Shown here piece by piece: positions 48,342 to 60,476 of a stretch of DNA of 64,000 bases. The number at the start of each line of letters is the position of its first letter. Position 1 is the stretch's first letter. The notes beneath the pieces are model-generated. The model made no database searches, had not been told where the DNA came from, and saw only the letters and a list, made by a program, of their open reading frames with translations. Location: NCBI GenBank assembly GCA_043228905.1, contig JBHGNT010000018.1, positions 6,262,001 through 6,326,000 on the forward strand, written 5' to 3'. Position numbers and translations under genes: made by a program. Source of the stretch: Azolla caroliniana. Lineage: Eukaryota > Plantae > Polypodiophyta.

Positions 48342-49850
48342 ATGCAGGATGAGATGGATTCCCTGCATGAGAACCATACGTACGAATTGGTGAAGTTGCC
48401 GAAAGGAAATCGAGCACTCCAAAACAAGTGGGTGTACAAGTTGAAACCAGGAGATGTCGGCAACCCCCCGAGATACAAAGTCAGGATCGTGGTGAAGGGG
48501 TTTCAACAGAAGAAGGGCGTGGACTTCGACCAGATATTTGCCCCGGTAGTAAAGATGACCTCCATCCGGACGGTGTTGAGTATAGCGGCAAGCATGGACC
48601 TCGAGGTAAAGCAGTTGGACGTGAAGACGGCATTCCTTCACAGTGACCTCGAAGAGGAGATTTACATGCAGCAACCGGAAGGATTCGTGGAGAAAGGGAA
48701 GGAGAAATTGGTTTGCCGGTTGAAGAAGAGCCTGTACGGACTGAAGCAGGCTCCCCGACAATGGTACCGGAAGTTTGACTCCTTCATGACCGATCAAGGG
48801 TACCACAAGACGCAGGCCGATCACTGCGTGTTTGTGAAGAAGTTCGAAGGAGGCGACTTCCTGATACTCCTGTACGTGGACGACATGTTGATTGTCGGAC
48901 GGGACCAAGCCAAAATACGGATGCTGAAGAAGGCTCTCAACCGGACCTTCTCAATGAAAGACTTGGGTCCGGCAAGACAGATGTTGGGGATGCATATCAT
49001 CCGAAACCGGCCAATGAAGCAATTGTGGCTGTCACAGGAGAAGTACGTGACAAAGGTGCTTCAGTGGTTCAACATGTTAAATGCGAAACCGGTTGGATCG
49101 ACCTTTCCGACAAACTGCAGGTTATCCGGTAAGCAAAGCCCGAAGACGAAAGTAGAGAAGGTTGATATGATGAAGATTCCATATGCCTCTGCCGTCGGGA
49201 GCTTAATGTACACAATGGTGTGTACCCGACCGAATATAGGATACGCAGTCGGAGTGGTGAGCCGGTTTATGAGCAATCCCATCAAGGAGCACTGGAACGC
49301 GGTCAAATGGATACTCCAGTACTTGAAGGGCACTTCAAATATGTGTCTCCGATTCGGCTCCGGTAAACCTCAACTTGACGGTTTTACCGATTCGGAAATG
49401 TCGGCTGATGTGAATACCAGCCGATCTACATCCGGATATGTAATGACATATGCAGGGGGAGCTATTTCGTGGCAGTCGAGGTTGCAGAAGACGGTTGCGT
49501 TGTCAACCACGGAGGCAGAGTATATGGCGGCTGTGGAAGCCGGCAAGGAAATATTATGGATGAAGAACTTCATCGGAGAGCTCGGTATACGGCAAGATGA
49601 ATACCAGCTCTATTGCGACAGTCAAAGTGTCATTCACCTTGCTAAGAATGCGGCCTACCATTCCCGGACGAAGCATATCCAGCGAAGGTATCACTGGATC
49701 CGGGAAAGAGTAGATGACCAGGAGTTCGCGCTGACGAAGATCCACACGGCCGAGAACGGGTCAGATATGCTGACCAAAGTACTGACACTTGACAAGCTGG
49801 ATGCATGTCGGAAGCGGGTCGAACTAGTAAGACACCCCATGCCGAAGTGA
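48342..49850 (+). CDS. Copia C reverse transcriptase-RNase H, open frame of 502 aa
   Basis: QLDVKTAFLH, KSLYGLKQAPRQW, LYVDDML, GFTDSEMSAD, ALSTTEAEY, HSRTKHI. Confidence 0.9.
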   Translation: MQDEMDSLHENHTYELVKLPKGNRALQNKWVYKLKPGDVGNPPRYKVRIVVKGFQQKKGVDFDQIFAPVVKMTSIRTVLSIAASMDLEVKQLDVKTAFLHSDLEEEIYMQQPEGFVEKGKEKLVCRLKKSLYGLKQAPRQWYRKFDSFMTDQGYHKTQADHCVFVKKFEGGDFLILLYVDDMLIVGRDQAKIRMLKKALNRTFSMKDLGPARQMLGMHIIRNRPMKQLWLSQEKYVTKVLQWFNMLNAKPVGSTFPTNCRLSGKQSPKTKVEKVDMMKIPYASAVGSLMYTMVCTRPNIGYAVGVVSRFMSNPIKEHWNAVKWILQYLKGTSNMCLRFGSGKPQLDGFTDSEMSADVNTSRSTSGYVMTYAGGAISWQSRLQKTVALSTTEAEYMAAVEAGKEILWMKNFIGELGIRQDEYQLYCDSQSVIHLAKNAAYHSRTKHIQRRYHWIRERVDDQEFALTKIHTAENGSDMLTKVLTLDKLDACRKRVELVRHPMPK

Positions 49851-52800
49851 AGGGGGAGTTTGTTAGGAAACAGGTCCCTCCGGATGGGAAGTGAGAAGAA
49901 CAGTGTTGATGGGAACCGGATGACGAGTACCCGGCAACGAAAGACCCGGTGAGAACTGGATGAGGAGTACCCGGCAATGGAAGACCCGGTGAGAACCGGA
50001 TGAGGAGTACCCGGCTACGGAAGACCCAGTGAGTGTTACCGGCCGGCAAAGGAGTCCAAAGTGAGAAACAGAGAGCTAATTAAGTAGTAGGAATGTGGTT
50101 GTAATTAAGCTATGAGTGTGGACGGACGGACCGGAAACGGTATGCCGTTCCGGATCCGGACCGATCCCGAACAGGTGCAGATGGCACCGTTTTGTAATAC
50201 AGACCGGAAACCTATTTAAAGGCCCGGATACAATGTAATAGTTAGCGGTTAATTAATGAAAGCTTAAGCGTTGTTATCTCTCTGTGTTAATTGCCGTTCT
50301 GTCTTAATTGTTATATCTTACGCGTGTTATGAAAGAAGATCCTAATAAGTAACTTAATTAAGTCGGATTAAGCGTTGAAGTCTAATCCGGTTGCCGTAAC
50401 ACCCTTTGGTGAAGTGTCTCCCGTAGACACCCTGTGTTAGGCCATTGTCCGGCCTGAAGAGTTAACACACCTTTTGGCAACCATGATGGCGACCCCCCTT
50501 TGGAGACGGAGTCAAAGAATGATATGTGGCGATGCAAGTCAATAACGACAAAATATGCAAGAAATGGTGATGGTGATTGAAAGCCGTCAAGGAATGCAAC
50601 AAGGTGATGTTGTGCGCAAGGAAGATGAAGAATGTTACGTTGTCGTGAAGATTTTCGTCCATAGGCGGAAAACCGAGCGAAGTAAGCAAACCCGCGATGT
50701 GCAACGTTGCACATCAAGATGTTGTATTTCTATTTGTCGATAGTGATAAGTGTGGTGCTAGAAATGCACCTTAGGATTTGTAAAGTGTAAAGGTGATGTG
50801 CTTTTGCGCGCACATCCACGTGAGAGAGAGAGATAGGTACATAGTAGTTCGTGTAGAGGTGGGAGTTAAGACCCATCCTTCCCACCTCCCCTAAAATCAA
50901 GGGAAATATCCCCATTGATTGAAAGGGGATATGTTGTAGCACCTTTATGTAACGGTCTTCCCTCCTTGTGCTATAAAGGGAGAGGAAGAGCACCATTGTG
51001 GGGGTTGCCTATTTTGAGTGCGGAAGGTATACCACATAGGACAAGCGTTAGGTTTAGGGTTTCTTTTCTTCTTCGTCGGATTAGGGTTTCGGGTTTATCA
51101 TAGTCGTTTGGTGCGGCCTACGCGGCCGCCATTTTGTAATCGGTTTTCGGTTCTAATATATCTTGTTGAGCATTTGGCCTCCATCTTCCTCTTGTTCATT
51201 CTTTCTCTTCTTGTGCTAAGCTCCATTCCGAAGTCCTATTCCTTCTCCCCTTCTCCTTAGTCCAAGACCCCCGTGGTTCCGCCCTTCTCCACGCACGCGC
51301 GTAACAACGCGACAACGTGGTGATGATCTGCAAGAAATGGAATCGACAACAATATGCAAAAAATGGCGACCATGATGTGCATGAGAAGCAAGAAATGACA
51401 GATTGATTATCAGTGCCATGATTCTGATACAAATTAATGTCTATACAAGTGTATTTTGTTTGACATGTGATTGGTCTTTTTGGCTTGGATCTTATCGCAA
51501 AGAAAGAAGAAAAAAGCAAGGGAGAAATAAAGCCTATGATCTATGCGAGACCCAACCACCACATGTTGTATCTTCCAAAGATGCGAGAGTGCATTTCTAT
51601 CCACATATGACCGGACACACATGGCCAGAAAGCAACCGACTGGACCAAAGGGAATTGTTGGAACAAAGATGGAGAAGGCAATTAAGAAAGAGAAAGAAAT
51701 ACAAACCGACGCGGAAAGACACAACTAGTCAAATGGCCCGGAACAAGGAACCAGAAGTACAACCAAATGGGCAGAACTCGCCGGAATGGTCGGACAACGG
51801 GCAAGAGTGGCCGGAGTGACTGGATAGCAGCCAAAGTGTCTAAGTGGCCGGACAACAGTCGGAGCGACCGTAGAGAGGTCGGAATGGCCGAATAACGGCC
51901 AGACAACGGCTAAAGAGCAACCGGGCAACAGTCTGCGCGGTTGGAGAGCGGTCGGAATAACCGGATGTAGACAGGCGACCAGGACGACGGACCGGACGCA
52001 CGACCGGAAGACAACAGACAAATGGCTCGGACAATAGCTAAACAACAACAGGAGTGGCGGCAAATAATCAGCGGCGGCAGCAAAAAATTGGCGACAAAGA
52101 TGGTCAGACAACAAACGGCCGAGTGAAAGTGGTCAGACGAATGACGATGCCAAACAATGGCAGAACTGGCTGGACGAACCGGACAGACGAGCGGACGGTA
52201 TGGACAAGCATCAGATACCCGACGACCGGACAGACGGCGGGAGGAGGACTGGAATCGACGGACACGTCGGACAAAGCGACGGACGATGGCCAGAATAGCA
52301 AACATCGAATGGTTGTAGACGCGGCCGAAAAGACACGACCAGAAGGGCCGAAGACAGAGACAGCAACCAATTGACAGCCGATAGAAAACAACAGCTAGAC
52401 ACAGCCGAACCGCGGCCAGAACGGAGGCCGGAAGAACGGCCGGATAGATGGCCTAATATTGACGAGTGAATAGAGTGGTCATGCGACGAATCTCGACCAA
52501 AACAGGTAGCCGACTGGAGACTGGCCGGACAGGCCTAGCGACAACGAGAAAGGGAGATGGTGATGACCGACACAGAGATGAAAGGCGTCGGGACGATGAA
52601 TAGCAACGGCCACAGAAGCGACAACAATGAATATAGAAGGACGGAAACGACGACGGCAACACAAAGAAGGAGATGACGTGCAAGCAAAGGGAGAGTAAAG
52701 GTCGCGTTTCCTCCCTACCCTGAAACGCAAAAACAGAACAAGGACGAAGTGGAAGAAACAGAGATAGAAGAAGAAAGAGAGAGGAGGAAAATGGAACACA

Positions 52801-53734
52801 AGAAGGAAAGAAGAGGAGTATAGAAGAAGAAGAAAAACAGACAGAGAAAAGAAGAAGAGAAGCAGGAAACGAAAGCAGAAAGAAGTAGAAAGAGATGAGG
52901 GATACGCACAAGAGAGAGTGTAATAACGGACCACAACAATAACCTAGAGATAAAGACGAAGTCGGAGCATTACAAAAACAAGAAGACAGGAATGGATAAA
53001 GACGAAATTGAAGCAGAAGATAGGACGGGAAGAAAAATAGAGAAAGGGCAAGAGAGAATGATAGGGGTATGGAACATAATTTTAAAACATGAGGGTATTT
53101 GATAATATTTCAAAAACAAAGGGTAGCAACCTAAAATTTCATAAACTTGAGGGCACCGACGAAATTGTAAAAACTCATCCACCTAGAGAAATGGATGTGA
53201 TCAACAACGACAACTCACACAAAATTAAAGGAAGAACACACATACACACAACGTGCTTTTGGACCCATGATGAAGTTCGTAAGCCGACAGAACGAGAATG
53301 TTTGTGTCGCGGACGATTTGCTGACCGACAAAGATGTTCGAGTCAAGAATTCTGATCGAGGGAGTCGATCGTTGAAAGGACCGATGGAAGTTCCGGTCGA
53401 AGAAATATCATCATCAAGGCATGTGGGATCGACGTGCAAGGCACTTTCCCACAGGCATGCCATATTGTGTTACCTCGTACGAGATGTACGGAGAGTCAAG
53501 TGTGATGAGCGAGGGTCGAATGTTATCATGATGTTGTGTATGTGTAGGGGGCATAAATGTAATTGTGAGTCTATACGTATGTGAACACATGCACACGTGT
53601 GTGCATGTGGATGGATACGAGGAGGTGTGGGTGAGTGTCCAATATGAATGCTCGAGGGGGCTTACACCCCTATGTATCTACCCCCTCTTGTACTATTTAA
53701 CCCCTTATGGGGAATGAATGAAACATGAATAACC

Positions 53735-53774
<40 letters not shown>

Positions 53775-54794
53775 GACATCTTTCTCTCTCTCCCCCCTTA
53801 ACGTTGAACCCCCTTGGGAGGGGGGTGGAGCCATTCTAGGCACCACCCCCCACCCCGCAATGCTTCTCAATGCTTGTCTTGCATCTTCATGATCTCTCAC
53901 TATCATACCATTCATCATCTCCACCATTACACAATGTCTATCTTCATCATCGATCATCATCATTATCATTCTCATTAACCCTAACCCTAAAAACCTACAA
54001 CACCTTTTGGGGACCACGACGTTTGAAAGCTACGAGCGGTCCCGGGTGCTGGAAGAAAAAGCACGGGAAGCGGCAACGGTTAACCTTAGTGATGAGGAAC
54101 CGTCGTCGGCTGAGGGCCAGCCGGGAACCAGTCAACCGGAGACCACTACGACGCAGGGAGCAACGACGAAGACGCCGGTGTCAGAGCCACAAACGGAGGA
54201 GCAGCCGCAACAACCACCAACGAACACGCCGCAGCAACCACCAACGGACACGCCGCAGCAGACAGCAACAGAGCAACAACAACAACAACCACTTCCAGAT
54301 GAACCATTGGAGCCTCTCGAACAAAGCATTCTGGACATTTTGGACGAAGAATAGCAAGGGTCGATTGTGGATTCGACGTACAAGGTATTGTCCCACGGGC
54401 GTGCCATGTGTTGCCGGTCGGCAAAGGAGTCCAGAATGGGAAACGGAGAGCTAATTAAGTAGTAGGAATGTGGTTGTAATTAAGCTATGAGTGTGGACGG
54501 ACGGACCGGAAACGGTATGCCGTTCCGGATCCGGACCGATCCCGAACAGGTGCGGATGGCACCGTTTTGTAATACAGACCGGAAACCTATTTAAAGGCCC
54601 GGATACAATGTAATAGTTAGCGGTTAATTAATGAAAGCTTAAGCGTTGTTATCTCTCTGTGTTAATTGTCGTTCTGTCTTAATTGTTATATGTCATGAAC
54701 AGTACTGAGACAAAGAAGGAATTAGTACTAAACGAAGGATTAGTACTATGAGAGGTGTGGAACTTCTTCGAGAGAAGGAAGAAGTGAGCGAGAC

Positions 54795-54837
<43 letters not shown>

Positions 54838-54991
54838 TGATAAGAAAGATATTTATTATATGAAGAAAATATACAACGGTGGCTAAATGTCATGAACAGT
54901 ACTGAGACAGAGAAGGAATTAGTACTAAACGAAGGATTAGTACTATGAGAGGTGTGGAACTTCTTCGAGAGAAGGAAGAAGTGAGCAAGAC

Positions 54992-55030
<39 letters not shown>

Positions 55031-55317
55031 TGATAAGAAAGATATTTATTATATGAAGAGAATATACAACGGTGGCTAAAAGGCTTAAGACTGGCGTTGA
55101 ACCAATTTGGTTCAACATAATGCCTAGTGCCCTCTTTTATAGTGTTTTCAGGAGTAATCCTGAAGCTTCTAGAATGTTCCAGAGAAATCTGGAATATACA
55201 CTAATTTCCTATAATAAAATGTAAATGAAAATAATATCCTACGTATTACAATAGATGGTCTAATGGTCAAGAGCTCGACCCATATAACCTAAGGTCATGG
55301 GTTCGAGTCTTGCCATA

Positions 55318-58300
55318 TCATGACACTATCCCCCCTTTAAAACGACGAGTGTCACGAGTCGTCTTGGATTGAGGACCCGGTTTGTGTGGATATTGACGAT
55401 GGAAGTCTTCAAGAAGAGCACGAGCATTGGTTACATTCTCGATCGGTTCCCAAGTACGTTCGCTAGGACTATAGCCTAGCCAATCGACTAGATAGTAGAG
55501 GTTGTTGCGAACAATCTTGGAATCAAGAATGGCAGCAACCTCGTACTCCGGCCCATCTTCAAGCTCGATCGGGGGTGGAGGTTGGATAAGACGTTCTGGG
55601 ATGGTGCTCTCGTGGTAGGGTTCGAAGAGAGAACTATGAAACATCGGATGTATCCGAAGTTGAGGAGGTAGATCGAGACGAAAAGCAACATCATTAATCT
55701 TGCCAATAATACGGAAAGGACCTAATCGCCGATAATCCAACTTCTCACATGGGCGAGTAGTCTTGATGTGTCGTCGTAGCAACCACACCCGATCTCCAAT
55801 ATTAAAACTAGATGGAAGTCGATGACGATCCGCGTAGACCTTGTGTGTTTGTTGAGCTTGCTGGAGATGAGTAGATAAATCCGCTTGTATCTTGCGTAAC
55901 CGCTCCAAACGATCCTCTGCGCACGGATTTGTGGACACCTCTGGGGTTTCAAGTACACTCCACCGGGGGTGACATCCCGTATAAGCATAAAATGGCGTAA
56001 CTTTAGTGGATGCGTGGATAGAGTTGTTATAGGCAAATTCGGCGAAGTGGAGAATATCTGCCCAGTCGTCCTGATGATAGCTGAGAAAGCACCGCAGATA
56101 CTGCTCCAACGTTTGATTTGTTCGTTCAGCTTGGCCGTCAGTTTGTGGGTGGTAGCCGGAAGAGAGGTTACAAGTGACCTTGAGCATGTTAAAAAGGTGC
56201 TTCCAGAATTTTGACACGAACTGGGGTCCACGGTCGCTGATGATACTATCGGGGAGTCCATGATGCCGACATACTTCACGCATGACAATTTCGGCAGTGT
56301 CTTCACTGGAGATCTCCTTAGTACATGGCAAGAAATGAGCCATCTTCGTATATCGATCGACCACCGTTAGAATCGCATTGAACCCCTTAGAGACTGGAAG
56401 ATCTGTGATGAAGTCTAGAGCAATGGATTGCCACGGCTTGCTTGGAATTGATAATGGTTCTAATCAACCATATGGATGATGCCTTGGCATTTTCGCTCTG
56501 CAACATGTATCACAAGTCCGAACAAAATCCTCGACAAATTGTCGCATACAGGGCCACCAGAATGATCGTTGTACTAAATGTAATGTTTTAGTACTACCAA
56601 AATGCCCAGTTGTATATGTGTCATGACAGTTTTGTACTACTCGAAGGCGGCAAGAACCATTAGGAACATACAAAAGTTCTTTAAAGAAGAGTAATCCATC
56701 ATGGTATTTGAATTGCCGATAGTCCGTACCTGGTGGTTGCGATTGTGAACACGACGCTCGAGAGGGATCAATTTGTGCTAGTATAGCTTGGGCGAACGCA
56801 TCTGTCTTCAAGTCTTCACGTATGGTATCGATAACGCGGGAATCCATAGGCATGTCAAAGATTTGTGTTGCTTGTAATCGTGCCGGTCCCAAGATGACTT
56901 GTTTTTGGTTATCGAAAGCTGGCTCGCCGGGACGGGGTGCTAGATACGAACGCCGTGATAATGCATCTGCCTTCCCTTGGTGCCTCCCCGGACGATATGT
57001 AATTTTGAAGTCGAAACGCGTGAGGAAGTGGGCCCACCGAGCTTGACGTCGATTCAACACACGAGCATCCTGAAAGTAGGCAAGATTCTTGTGGTCACTA
57101 AATACGGTGACTGGATGAGAGGATCCCTCTAGAAAATGCCTCCATTGCATAAAAGAATCCACTATTGCCAATAGCTCCTTATCATGGATTTCGTAGTTGA
57201 TTTCGGCGGCATCAAACTTGCGTGAGTGAAAAGCCACAGGATGTAGCTTTTCATCATTCCCCTGTTGTGACAGAATGCTCCCCAATGCAAAATCCGATGC
57301 GTCAACTTCGATAATGAATGGTTTCTCCGGATCGACATGAGCTAGAATTGGAGCCGATGTAAATGCTTTTTTAAGACTCTCGAAAGCCATGTCCGTTTCT
57401 TCAGACCAGGTGAACGGTTGTCCCTTCCTGGTAAGTTGTGTGAGAGGTAGAACGATCTTTGAGTAATCCTGTATGAACTTCCGGTAAAAATTGGCAAAGC
57501 CTAAGAAGCATTGCACATCCCGTACCGAACGCGGAGTCTGCCATTCTACCACCGTTCTGACCTTAGCTGGGTCCATGGAGATGCCTTCTGACGAAATGAT
57601 GTAGCCGAGAAATTCCACTTGGTTGCACCCGAAACTACATTTTTCTAGCTTTGCATACAGACCATGTTCTCGAAGTCGTTTTAGTACTAATAGTACATGA
57701 GAATCATGTTCTTCTTGGGTCTTTGAATAAACCAGTAGATCATCCAAATAGATGATCAAACAATCATCCAATAGATCTCGGAATATATCATTAGCCATGT
57801 GCTGGAAGACTGCCGGCGCATTAGTGAGGCCGAACGGCATGACGGTATACTCGAAGTGCCCATATCTGGTGCGAAACGCGGTCTTCCATTCGTCTCCTGG
57901 TCGGATCCGTACGAGGTTATATGCTCCCCGTAAGTCGATCTTCGTGAAGAACCTGGCACCATTGATCCGTTCTAAAAGACTTGAGATAAGGGGAAGAGCA
58001 TACCTATTCCTGATTGTAACCTTATTCAAGCCACGGTAATCTACAACGAGACGAAGCGATCCATCTTTTTTCTTGACGAAGAAAATGGGCGCACCGGCTG
58101 GAGATTTCGAATGCCGAATGAAACCATTTTCCAAATTCTCCTCTATATAGGCCCGAAGGACTTCCAGCTCGGTTGGTGACAAATTGTAGATCGGTCCCCA
58201 TGGCGGCTCTTTTCCCGGTTGTAAATCGATGGGGCAATCGTACGGTCGATGATGAGGAAGTGTGTTGGCTTGTACTTTATCGAACACATCGGTGTAATGG

Positions 58301-58908
58301 CGATACTTCTCGGGAAGTTGAACGGTGGATTCTTCTTTAGTGGTGTTGGAGGGGTTTACTGATATTGCAAAGAGGAACATTTCCTCCTTGTGCCCTTCTT
58401 TACGCAACTGACGTAGCGAAATGGTTGCCATCTTCTGAGTTGACCCTTGGGTTTGTTGACACCGGATTTCTCTTGTTCTCCAATCTATGTCAGGGTTATG
58501 TAACTCGAACCACGGTAGTCCTAAAACTATAGGATGTTCTGGGATACTAATAATATTAAATGATACTACACATACTAAGTTATCTAGGACAATATTAATG
58601 GGCTCTGACTCTTCTAGGATATTTCCGGAAGCAATGGGACGTCCATCAATGACTACTACAGAGGCTGGACACTGGAGTTTTCTTAGGGATATCTTATGAG
58701 CTTGAGCAAATTTCTTATCCATAAAGCAAGAGTTAGCTCCGGAATCTAGGAGTGCTAGGACATGTACTGGAGGGGTACTTTTAGTACTAACTATTACTTG
58801 GGCTACGAACACATCACTAACTTGCTTAGAGGGAATGGAACCACTAATGGGCTGCACAGATCTAGGGCTGTCCAACCAAACGGCTCCTATTTTGGCTGGA
58901 CTTAGTCG
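55318..58908 (-). CDS. Pol of chromovirus F (same in-frame TGA as D, at 56464-56466)
   Basis: The 803-aa ORF appears identical to that of D; the IN-chromodomain ORF differs at two residues. Confidence 0.9.
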
Positions 58909-60053
58909 TTTAACTCTTCTTCTAACTGACTAAGGACATCAAATTTGTTTGCTAGATCTGGGATATTAGTACTATTAGGACTATCAGATATCCCTACTGA
59001 AATAGGTTCGGATTTAGTACAATTAGAACTAGCGACTATTTGGTTTACCTGTCTTCTTGGCCTATGGGGGCAATTTATTGCGATATGTCCTGGTCCACCG
59101 CAGTAAAGACATAGTCGATTTGTACGACGTCACTGCTTTTCTTCTTCGGATAATGGCCCTCGACGACGTGTAGTGTCAATCTCCATCGGAGTCGGAGTAT
59201 TCGCTGGAGACGCATTATATGACTCCCTCGGAAAAGGTCTTGCTACCACTGAGGCGTAGGTGGGCTCTGATCTTGGCCTCGGTATCTGTAGCTGTCGTTC
59301 CGAACGTCGCTCAAAGAGGCGGTTGTCACATCTCACCGCGCGACTGATTGCTTCTGTTAAGGACTTTGGCTCTTCGGGGAAGGTCAAGAGTAAATCCTTG
59401 ACGTCGTTGCGTAAACCATAACGGAATTGCTCCATCAACGCTTGATCATCCCAAGGGATATCGGCGGCGAGTAGGCGAAAATCTGCAGCGTATGCGGAGG
59501 CTGGACGGTCACCTTGGCGTAATCGCCGGATTTTGTTGATTGCGGTCCTGATGCTGTCAGTATCTCCGAAACATGCTTTAAACTCACCTAGAAACTCTTC
59601 AAAATTGTTGAGTAACGGAGATTCCTTTTCTAATAGTGGAGCGAACCATGACAACGCTGAGCCACTTAACAAGGTGCCTACTAAACCCACTCGTGATGTA
59701 TCAGTGGGATATCGGGAAGGATGCATTTGAATAACTAATCGTACCTGGTTAAGGAACCCTCTAAACTGCGATCGCGTTCCATCGAACTTCGTGGGAAGGC
59801 CAATCTTAGGTTCTTTATGAATCCCTTGTGTTCCGGGCCCATGTTGTTGCATCGCTACGATGGTGGCTTCGAGTTGTTGCACGCGTAACGCAAGTTCCCC
59901 ATGTTGTTGTTGCGTTTGCTGCTTTTCTAAGGAGATTTGTTGAAGATCCCCCAGCAACCGTTGGTTTTCTTGTTCCAAAGCATGGAACTTCTCCTTCAAG
60001 CATTGGAATTCCGAGAAAACAGATTGATATTCTTCAGCGCTAACAGTGGCCAT
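58902..60053 (-). CDS. Gag of chromovirus F (same in-frame TGA as D, at 59130-59132)
   Basis: 307-aa ORF with three amino-acid differences from D; zinc knuckle follows the stop. Confidence 0.85.
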
Positions 60054-60230
60054 GGGATGAAAGAAAAGAGGAATAAAAGATTAGTAGGAAATGAGAGAGA
60101 CAGAGGGTAGGAAAATTGGTTCAAACTGTCATGAACAGTACTGAGACAGAGAAGGAATTAGTACTAAACGAAGGATTAGTACTATGAGAGGTGTGGAACT
60201 TCTTCGAGAGAAGGAAGAAGTGAGCGAGAC

Positions 60231-60271
<41 letters not shown>

Positions 60272-60425
60272 TGATAAGAAAGATATTTATTATATGAAGA
60301 GAATATACAACGGTGGCTAAATGTCATGAACAGTACTGAGACAGAGAAGGAAGTAGTACTAAACGAAGGATTAGTACTATGAGAGGTGTGGAACTTCTTC
60401 GAGAGAAGGAAGAAGTGAGCAAGAC

Positions 60426-60476
<51 letters not shown>

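Noticed and set aside
51403-53600. Many overlapping ORFs inside element E
   Set aside because: Low-complexity, strand-biased degenerate repeats with no gag, RT or IN motifs.
53976-53997. Telomere-like CCCTAA repeats; also teloboxes near 51054 and 51081
   Set aside because: Only two or three units; common in plant LTR and promoter sequence.
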